Shown one piece after another: positions 19,275 to 25,803 of a stretch of DNA of 25,803 bases; the stretch's first letter is position 1, and every line of letters begins with the position of its first letter. Below the pieces are notes generated by a model that had not been told where the DNA came from, made no database searches, and saw only the letters and a list, made by a program, of their open reading frames with translations. This DNA comes from a virus (taxonomy: Duplodnaviria; Caudoviricetes): positions 1 to 25,803 of IMG/VR virus record IMGVR_UViG_3300025173_000004. One strand, written 5' to 3'. Both the position numbers and the translations under genes were made by a program.

Positions 19275-20852
19275 TTAGTTGTTTTCTCTGGCCGCTTTGA
19301 CTGCTGCTAGTGCTCTATCTCGCAGCAGTACTGCTGTTACTGCTGGAATGCTAGCTGCATCTAGTGGCTGTTGTTCTTCTAGCCCAAGCACACTACTTCT
19401 GCCAGGTATAGCAGTTTCGAATGTAGTGGGAAGAGGCAGGTTAAAAGCTTTCCTAGTACCTCCTTCAGATAAGGCTTCCAGCAGAAGCACATTCTTATAT
19501 AGGTTAGCAAAGCTCTTAGCTATATCTGCTGGAGGTATCTGTGGATTTGCGGAAGCAAATGTACGTGTTACCTCAACTGCTGCTTTAACATCCCCCTGAA
19601 CCTCAGCTAGGATAGCTGTTAGCTGGGGCAGCATAGCGTGCAGCTTAACTACCTTATTACTAGGTAGCGTGATTGAATCTCCTGCCGCCACAACTTGCTG
19701 TACAAGTGGGCTAGTTGCTGATGTAGTATGCCTAGTAGGAATCATGCCTTCAGGAGAAGAGTAGAATTCGTTAGCAATAGCGTGCTTAGTAGCATCAGGT
19801 AACTTATCCATATCTGCTAGTGTTGCATCTGAGCCTATTAGCAGCTTTTTCTTTGCAAAGGCCAGACGCTGTGGCCTACTTAAATTAACCTGCTCGGCTA
19901 ATGCTTTGCCAGCCCTAGCTTCAGTAGTGTCTGGCATGGTAACATAAACCTCTGCTGCCTCCACTGCACTAACCAATGGAATACCTGCCGCTAACTTGCT
20001 GAGAGATTGCCGTACAGCAGGCTCTGAGTTAGCTACTAATCTAGGTATAGCTTCTGTAGGTACACCAAGCTTACTGGCTAACAAGCTATCTTGCAAAGCT
20101 GCTCGTTCTGCTGCTGTCTTGTTGTCAGCAGCAGCATCTACATTAGCTGAGGTTACAGCATTGTTAGCTTGCGCTACAGCTAAAGCACTGCTCTCCTTGT
20201 TGCCTTGTGCAGCAATCTTTAGCACCTCTTGGTTAGCCATTGCTTGCCTTTGGGTAGCAATAGCTAAGTCTTTAGCAGTGCTAATGGAAGGCATCCTAGC
20301 TATCAAGGCATCTGCATCCCGCTTGTCTGCCGCATCCATAGCTATGAATGAAGCATTCATAGCGTTATAATTATGCGCAGCATTATTTATACTAGCTCTA
20401 ACTCCATCTTCTTCAAAGGTTCGCTGTAGCCAGCCCTCAAAGCCCTCTGCCGAGGTTATCTCATTAAGCTTAATTAAGCCTGCTGTATGCGTGCTCCTAG
20501 CCTGTGCTTGTGCCGTTAATAAATCTAGCCTCTGCTGCTTTTCCACTGCATCAGTCTGGTCATCCCGTATGAACTTAGTGGCAAAAGCTTCTTGGCTAGC
20601 AAGGGCGGCTAACGCATGTTTAGCAGCAGTCTCTCTGTTAATAGCATCAATAAGCTCTGCCTCTATGCTGCCAGCATTAGCAGCATTAGCTTCCAGTGTC
20701 TGCCCAGTCTGCTTAATAACTGCACCTGCAGTAGTTAACGCAGCAGCTTCTGGCTTACTGCCCGCGTTAATAACTGCACCAACTGGCGTAGTTGTGCCTA
20801 GGAGACTAGATACTAAATCATCCATAGTAATACTTACGCTTGCATCACTCAT
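19275..20852 (-). CDS. Putative internal virion protein
   Basis: 525 aa, Ala/Gln-rich coiled coil; middle gene of the ejection cassette; RBS AGGAG. Confidence 0.65.
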   Translation of the reverse strand: MSDASVSITMDDLVSSLLGTTTPVGAVINAGSKPEAAALTTAGAVIKQTGQTLEANAANAGSIEAELIDAINRETAAKHALAALASQEAFATKFIRDDQTDAVEKQQRLDLLTAQAQARSTHTAGLIKLNEITSAEGFEGWLQRTFEEDGVRASINNAAHNYNAMNASFIAMDAADKRDADALIARMPSISTAKDLAIATQRQAMANQEVLKIAAQGNKESSALAVAQANNAVTSANVDAAADNKTAAERAALQDSLLASKLGVPTEAIPRLVANSEPAVRQSLSKLAAGIPLVSAVEAAEVYVTMPDTTEARAGKALAEQVNLSRPQRLAFAKKKLLIGSDATLADMDKLPDATKHAIANEFYSSPEGMIPTRHTTSATSPLVQQVVAAGDSITLPSNKVVKLHAMLPQLTAILAEVQGDVKAAVEVTRTFASANPQIPPADIAKSFANLYKNVLLLEALSEGGTRKAFNLPLPTTFETAIPGRSSVLGLEEQQPLDAASIPAVTAVLLRDRALAAVKAARENN

Positions 20853-20861
20853 TATTAGCTC

Positions 20862-21329
20862 CTATTTGATTCCTAGCATACCTAAGAAGCCTTCAGCAGC
20901 ACTAAGAGTTTTATTTGATTGCTCTGAAGTCTTAGTTTGGTCTGCTAAATTAGTAGCTAGATTGCCCGCAGCTACTTGCTGCCCAAGTAGAGCTTTCTGT
21001 GCTTCTGCCGAAAGTCTTGCAAGCAAGTCATTGCTTAGCAATGCGCTGGTAGTGCTATCTTGTGGACGCACTCCAGCAACGTTAGCTGCATTAAGTAAGC
21101 TAGGTGCTTGCTTCTCGAAGCCACTCTTAAAGATAGCCTGAAATAGCTTTTCCATGCTCTCAACATTGCCATCAGCCATTATGCCCTTAAGTACTTCTCT
21201 TAGAGGGTCTACATCTCCTGGTGTAGTGCGTTGACTGCCACTAGAGCTACCTGAAAATAGGCTACTTACTGCTCCTGCCAGTCCTCCACTGCCTCCCGCT
21301 GCATTTGCTACTGTGGCTAAGTCTGCCAT
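20862..21329 (-). CDS. Putative small internal virion (pilot-like) protein
   Basis: Gly/Ser/Ala-rich termini (AGGSGGLAGAVSSLFSGSSSGS ... GFLGMLG); RBS AAGGAGG. Confidence 0.65.
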   Translation of the reverse strand: MADLATVANAAGGSGGLAGAVSSLFSGSSSGSQRTTPGDVDPLREVLKGIMADGNVESMEKLFQAIFKSGFEKQAPSLLNAANVAGVRPQDSTTSALLSNDLLARLSAEAQKALLGQQVAAGNLATNLADQTKTSEQSNKTLSAAEGFLGMLGIK

Positions 21330-21353
21330 AATTACTTACCTCCTTAATTAAGT

Positions 21354-21761
21354 TTACTTACTGAAGTACTCCGCTATCTCTATTTCAAAGCTATCAACAG
21401 CTTCTGCTAGCTGCATCAATTCAGCAAAAGCAATTCTACTGGAAGCTACACTGCACTGCCCAGTACTCCACACGTTAAAGCTCTCGCCGATAATTATACA
21501 TCCTTGAGTATCTTCTGCTATGTTGCCAGAGTGAATTAGTATATGCTTGCGGTTAGGTACGTTAGTTACCTCAAACACATTCCCGAACTTAGGAGAGTTT
21601 ACTCTTTTAGCAGTGTAGATGCCAGCGGGGATACAACTAATGCTAGTCTTATTATCCAACCAAGGACGCTCTAAGCTAACAGCTATTGGCATACCATCTA
21701 CAGCTATCGTGCCAAACACTCCATCGTTGCGTGAAGCTATACGGCTAAGTTTTACTTTCAT
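21354..21761 (-). CDS. DUF5675 family protein (L,D-transpeptidase-like fold, putative lysin)
   Basis: SLERPW...SCIPAGIY...VPNRKHILIHSGN...DTQGCIIIG, with the conserved His and Cys. Confidence 0.85.
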   Translation of the reverse strand: MKVKLSRIASRNDGVFGTIAVDGMPIAVSLERPWLDNKTSISCIPAGIYTAKRVNSPKFGNVFEVTNVPNRKHILIHSGNIAEDTQGCIIIGESFNVWSTGQCSVASSRIAFAELMQLAEAVDSFEIEIAEYFSK

Positions 21762-21976
21762 TTAACTACTCCTAGGTTAATTAGTCTTGTGCGAAGTTGG
21801 TTTGTTAGAGCAATAACAGTTGCTAAATCAGTGGCGGCAGCATTAACTGCTGCTGGGTTGCCTGTGATGCCGTCTCTTAAGTTATGAACTGCTTGGTACA
21901 AATTAGATACATCAAGGGAAGGTTCTATAGCTACTGGTACTGCTGGTAAGTCTATTTGTATAGGTGAAGCTGGCAT
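21758..21976 (-). CDS. Small putative virion protein (fibre or trimerisation-like C-terminus)
   Basis: RBS AAGGAG; C-terminal DLATVIALTNQLRTRLINLGVV helix typical of fibre ends. Confidence 0.55.
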   Translation of the reverse strand: MPASPIQIDLPAVPVAIEPSLDVSNLYQAVHNLRDGITGNPAAVNAAATDLATVIALTNQLRTRLINLGVVK

Positions 21977-22006
21977 GTTAAAATCTCCTTAGTTACTAGC
22001 TATTAG

Positions 22007-23533
22007 CTACCTAAAGCCATCCTGTGTTAAGGTTGCTGTTAATGCAGTTAAGTTAAGCATCCCTGTTAGATGAATATTATGCGAGTCCCCTGTCAGCCTA
22101 GAGAGGAATCTCCTTGACTGTCCAGAGACTTGCCCTGTAAGAGCTACTACTGGTTGCATAGCAGTGCCACCTTCATAGCTAGTAGCAACTCTGCAAACCA
22201 TTACATCAGTAGCTAGCGGTGATTCTAGGCTAACCTCCTGCAAGGTGCATTTAGAAGTTCTAGTTAGCTTAATCCTCCCTATGATAGCTACACCGGCAGC
22301 ATTGCCCGCAGTAGCATCAAGTGAAAGCTGCACTGCACTACCATCAGCAGCTAGGAAGCATATAACTCTGTGAGAGTTAGGAGCCGCAGCTGGCAAGGGC
22401 AAAACATCTGCGTGGTTAACAACTACCTTACCCCAGCGATTAAGAACTGAATCAAATACAAGGGCATGAGTGAAGGAAGTAATTCCATAGCTAACAACTA
22501 AGTAGCGCTTGCTAACTGTCTTTATGCTGACAAGTAAATCCGCGACTGTGGCAGTAGTAGTAAGAACTCCCGTAGTGCTATTGTATGTTTCCATTAACCT
22601 AGCAGCTAAGAAGTCTGTTACTTCTGGGAGCACTGGCTTAACCCCTTCTACAGTTACAATCTGCATACCATCAGTAGTTAGCACCAAGGAGCCATTATCT
22701 ATGTACCCTGTAGCTGCATCACCTATGTTACGCAAACCAGTGCTTCCAGCTACTTGCCTAAATACCCAAGGGAATGTAGCATTACCACTGTAAGTAGCAG
22801 ATATTACATTTTCTGTAGTAAAGATTAAGAACCCGTTAGCTACTTGAACTAAGTCAACTATCTTGCCTTTTAGGTCTGCTAGAATAGCATTACCTGCACC
22901 AGTTACCAAGCTAGGTGTAAAGTCCATTGGGTTAGCTGGATTGCTCCAGTAAATCACTTTATCCCCAGCAGCTATTAAGTAATTGCCGCTAGCACAAATG
23001 CGCTTAAACCTAGCTTCTATCTGAGCATGTGTCTCTGCTGCGTAAATCAAAGTATCTGCTGTATCGGTATTACGGCTGAGAGTTGCGGGGGTTAGATTGA
23101 CTCTGCTGAAGCGGCTAAATTCCCAGCAGATATAACTCTGCCCGCCTACGTTAGCATGGCTAGTTTTAATGCCCCCACCAAAAGCTCCTGTTCCTTGCCA
23201 AGCACCCCCAGACTTCCATATCTGATTAGTGCCTCCAGCAGGAGAGAACCAGCCACTAGCTCCATCTGCTGAGGCAGCTAAGTAAGTATCTGCGAACGCA
23301 GCACTGACAGGATTTGAAGCAGCAGCAATTATGCTATTAAGAACGCAGCTTCTATACCCTTCTATGGTAGGCAGTAGATTCTCACAGTAAATAAGCTGTG
23401 GAGTAGGAGCCAGTTCCTTCCTAGCAAAGACAGAATCTAAGTTAGTAGGGACGACAGTAGGCTTCCCGCTACCTGTACTAAGCAGCGGGAAGCTATAGGC
23501 ATTTAGCTGTAACCTAGTTACGATTTGCGCCAT
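22007..23533 (-). CDS. Putative tail nozzle / DNA stabilisation protein (P22 gp10 or T7 gp12-like)
   Basis: 508 aa, beta-rich and propeller-like (IYWSNPANPMDF...GKIVDL...FLIFTTE...FPWVF); sits upstream of the ejection genes. Confidence 0.7.
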   Translation of the reverse strand: MAQIVTRLQLNAYSFPLLSTGSGKPTVVPTNLDSVFARKELAPTPQLIYCENLLPTIEGYRSCVLNSIIAAASNPVSAAFADTYLAASADGASGWFSPAGGTNQIWKSGGAWQGTGAFGGGIKTSHANVGGQSYICWEFSRFSRVNLTPATLSRNTDTADTLIYAAETHAQIEARFKRICASGNYLIAAGDKVIYWSNPANPMDFTPSLVTGAGNAILADLKGKIVDLVQVANGFLIFTTENVISATYSGNATFPWVFRQVAGSTGLRNIGDAATGYIDNGSLVLTTDGMQIVTVEGVKPVLPEVTDFLAARLMETYNSTTGVLTTTATVADLLVSIKTVSKRYLVVSYGITSFTHALVFDSVLNRWGKVVVNHADVLPLPAAAPNSHRVICFLAADGSAVQLSLDATAGNAAGVAIIGRIKLTRTSKCTLQEVSLESPLATDVMVCRVATSYEGGTAMQPVVALTGQVSGQSRRFLSRLTGDSHNIHLTGMLNLTALTATLTQDGFR

Positions 23534-24018
23534 TATGACTTCCTCTTCCCTACCATATCTACTACCTTCTCTGTAGAGCGTCCTACAAAGTACGCCATGA
23601 ACACTAGCTGGATTAGCTCCCCTAACAGTGTTACATACACAGGAGCTACTGCTATCCCGTAAATGGATGCTATGGAGAAGACAGAGAATAGGAATAGCAA
23701 GAAGATTAGAACCGCAGGTCTTACGTTCTTGCTAAGAGAATTATCGCTAGCCATGTCAGCTTTCCAGCGTTCGCTAACTTCCCCAGAAGCTGCTAAGTCT
23801 AGCTTAGCTTCCTCCAATGCTGCATTAACTAGAAACTGCTCATGTGTGTTCTGTGCTTCCTTCAACTTACCTAAGAGTTCAGGAGTTAACTGCTCGCTAG
23901 AGCTAGGTAACGTAATTCCTAGCTTCTTCTCAACAGCAGACTTCCCTTTAGCTACTACAGCCTCAGCTAGGATAGCTAGGCCGGATTGTGCCATTGTTGC
24001 TAGTAAGATTGGTAACAT
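23533..24018 (-). CDS. 3TM-type holin-like protein (GTA_holin_3TM-like)
   Basis: RWKADMASD..LSKNVRP followed by two hydrophobic segments and AYFVGRS.EK. Confidence 0.8.
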   Translation of the reverse strand: MLPILLATMAQSGLAILAEAVVAKGKSAVEKKLGITLPSSSEQLTPELLGKLKEAQNTHEQFLVNAALEEAKLDLAASGEVSERWKADMASDNSLSKNVRPAVLIFLLFLFSVFSIASIYGIAVAPVYVTLLGELIQLVFMAYFVGRSTEKVVDMVGKRKS

Positions 24019-24045
24019 GCTCTCTCGCTTTCTTAAGATTAACAG

Positions 24046-24429
24046 CTAAGGTTGCTTCTTAAACTTGCACTTAACAGCACCTTCCGGCACTGCTTTCCAC
24101 ATATAAAGTTCGTAGCTATCAATTATAGCTTTAGCATCTAGCCGCATCCATACCATGTTAGCTACTTCATCCTTACCGCCACAACCTAGCGGATAGATAT
24201 GTGCTACCTCATAGTTAGGGCAGCTACCTGTGTGCAAGCCGGTAGCTGGACAAACATGTATTGACCTAAACTTTCCAGTGCTGCTTCTCTTAACAGAGCC
24301 ATCAGCATTGCGCACAACAGTCCCGGAATAGCGAGTTTCTTCTGGAGGGTAGGAAGGTAAGGATAGCTGGGCAGTAGCTGTGAGTGCACTTAGCACTAGA
24401 ATTGTACTAAGCAATATGCGCTCTTTCAT
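24046..24429 (-). CDS. Signal-peptide-bearing HNH-like protein
   Basis: Sec-type leader MKERILLSTILVLSALTATA; HVCPATG...CPNYEVAHIYPLGCGGKDEVANMVW resembles the HNH beta-beta-alpha motif. Confidence 0.7.
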   Translation of the reverse strand: MKERILLSTILVLSALTATAQLSLPSYPPEETRYSGTVVRNADGSVKRSSTGKFRSIHVCPATGLHTGSCPNYEVAHIYPLGCGGKDEVANMVWMRLDAKAIIDSYELYMWKAVPEGAVKCKFKKQP

Positions 24430-24728
24430 TACTGCTTACCTTTGAAAATTGCCCACACAATGCCAAAAGCTATGACAACTCCTGCTACCCATTTAAGTAC
24501 ATGGCTAAATATCACTACTACCCGAACAAACCCTTTAGCGTTGTCCCAAGCTATGATAATATCTTTCAGGGACGCAAGTGTCTTTGCTTGAGCAGCTTGC
24601 TGTGCTACCACCTGCTGCAACTCTTTATGGATGAGCTGCATTAGCTCCTTACTAGGCATGGTACTTACATCTACTTGTGTGAAGTCATCAGTAACTCTGC
24701 GAAATATAGCGTCTTCTGGAGATAGCAT
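24429..24728 (-). CDS. Small membrane protein (coiled coil plus C-terminal TM; holin/antiholin-like)
   Basis: RRVTDD N-terminus, coiled coil, hydrophobic C-terminus ending in a basic tail; TAAGGT RBS favours ATG 24728. Confidence 0.65.
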   Translation of the reverse strand: MLSPEDAIFRRVTDDFTQVDVSTMPSKELMQLIHKELQQVVAQQAAQAKTLASLKDIIIAWDNAKGFVRVVVIFSHVLKWVAGVVIAFGIVWAIFKGKQ

Positions 24729-24740
24729 TATCAATATACC

Positions 24741-25085
24741 TTATTTAATGTGGTTAGGGGATATAGCATTCAGCGGTACAGCAAAAGCTCTAGCTACAGA
24801 GCCGCGCCAACCTTGCGTAGTTACATAGTGATTAAGCCGCTGGCTAAAGGTCAGCTCTCGTGGCAATGCCAGGAATAACAAGCTGCCAACAGTAGCATTA
24901 AACAGAACATCAAGTATGCCGAAGAAGGTGATAGCTGGAAGAAGTAGCAACTTAATGCCGAACTTAAGCCTATCCCAAGATTGCTTAGCACTGACGTAAA
25001 CCATAAAGCCTAGAAAGGTTGTGTAAGTTAGTGCTAGTGAGTGAACTGTAACTTGGTATAGTAATTCTGTTAGTTCCGCTACCAT
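24741..25085 (-). CDS. Hypothetical membrane protein
   Basis: Two hydrophobic segments, then D..FN...G...E.TFS.RL...W...P.H, a pattern common near phage tail-fibre and lysis genes. Confidence 0.7.
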   Translation of the reverse strand: MVAELTELLYQVTVHSLALTYTTFLGFMVYVSAKQSWDRLKFGIKLLLLPAITFFGILDVLFNATVGSLLFLALPRELTFSQRLNHYVTTQGWRGSVARAFAVPLNAISPNHIK

Positions 25086-25603
25086 TTTACAGCCTCCAAT
25101 TCAGTAAGCGTTGATGCAGCACGAGCAGCAGCTTTAAGCTGCCATGATTTCCCGTAAGCAGCTTGAGTCTGCGCTGCCATTGCACCTGCGATTGCCAGTA
25201 GCTGAGTTAGTGATGTGATAGCTAAGTCGCTATCATCTAAATCTCGCCAAGTTGCTGGCAGTGGCAAGCCAGAAGAGCATAGGTTAATAACGCTGCTTAG
25301 AAGCTCTTGACTGCGCGCACCTGCTTGCCAAGTTCTAGCTAGTGCAGTTACTGGCAGGTAGCAAGCAGCATCGCGGGATGCTTTAATTTCTAGCAGCTTA
25401 GCAGCTAGAGCTTCAGGCAGCGTTGGCTGTGGAGGTACTGGAGGCAGGAAGTTAGTGCCATCGTAAGTCCAGCCAGCAGTAACTGCTCCTGCTAAGGAGC
25501 TAGAAACTAGAACTCCCTCGAAGCCAGCTTCTGTAGAAGTGCTAACTACGATGCAGCCAGTAACTACGTTACTACTGTTAAGTTGTGCTTTAATAAGTTC
25601 CAT
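25079..25603 (-). CDS. DUF4376-type tail fibre assembly protein
   Basis: GWTYDG..F.PP linker, then KL.EIK..RD...WRD.DD...LKAA...A.TL.ELEAVKW; directly downstream of the fibre gene. Confidence 0.8.
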   Translation of the reverse strand: MELIKAQLNSSNVVTGCIVVSTSTEAGFEGVLVSSSLAGAVTAGWTYDGTNFLPPVPPQPTLPEALAAKLLEIKASRDAACYLPVTALARTWQAGARSQELLSSVINLCSSGLPLPATWRDLDDSDLAITSLTQLLAIAGAMAAQTQAAYGKSWQLKAAARAASTLTELEAVKW

Positions 25604-25803
25604 TAGCTATACTCCCATACGTCTATGTAACCAGAGCCACCAGCACCTCCAGCTGCTCCAGCACCTGTTGTACCAGTACCTCCACCACCGCCACCTCCAC
25701 CGCCACCTCCATTACCTGTATTAGCAGTGCCAGCAGTGCCAGCAGCGCCAACAGCGCCGCCACCACCGTTACCGTTACCGCCACCTCCACCATCTCCCCC
25801 ATT
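25603..25803 (-). CDS. Glycine-rich tail fibre, C-terminal fragment (5' end outside window)
   Basis: Not in the ORF track. The minus strand reads NGGDGGGGGNGNGGGG...GGAGGSGYIDVWEYS-stop, with a TAATG overlap into the next gene. Confidence 0.85.
   Translation of the reverse strand, partial: NGGDGGGGGNGNGGGGAVGAAGTAGTANTGNGGGGGGGGGGGTGTTGAGAAGGAGGSGYIDVWEYS

Noticed and set aside
14546-23049. Long + strand ORFs opposite the virion genes (for example 15821-16312, 17909-18628, 20491-21141)
   Set aside because: They are antisense shadows of Ala/Leu-rich genes, with Ser/Leu/Ala-biased translations, no RBS and no motifs.
25539-25724. His/Leu-rich + strand ORF
   Set aside because: It is the antisense reading of the Gly-rich tail fibre codons.

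Overview
The window is a roughly 25.8 kb piece of a double-stranded DNA phage, most likely a lytic podovirus-type phage of a Gram-negative host, arranged as two convergent arms. The + arm (about 1-14131) starts with an iteron-like inverted repeat and sigma70-type promoters. It carries many small early genes and a replication/recombination set: SF1B RecD/Dda-like helicase, DUF3310 (T7 gp1.7-like) protein, Cas4-like PD-(D/E)XK exonuclease, Sak4-like ATPase, probable SSB, family A DNA polymerase and a DUF3987/MCM-like AAA+ protein. The - arm (14146-25803) carries late genes: three probable internal virion (ejection) proteins, a DUF5675 putative lysin, a tail nozzle-like protein, holin-like membrane proteins, a signal-peptide HNH-like protein, a DUF4376 fibre chaperone and the end of a Gly-rich tail fibre. 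The most notable observations are: (1) a replisome with no recognisable primase, pairing a His762, UDG-like-domain PolA with an MCM-like helicase; (2) a ParB/Srx-like domain inside the 1704-aa ejection protein; (3) apparent complete absence of GATC together with strong AGCT/CTAG enrichment; (4) a recurring CTAA-repeat leader motif before many genes; and (5) an exported, degenerate HNH protein among the lysis genes. All family calls come from motif recognition by eye; no searches were run.
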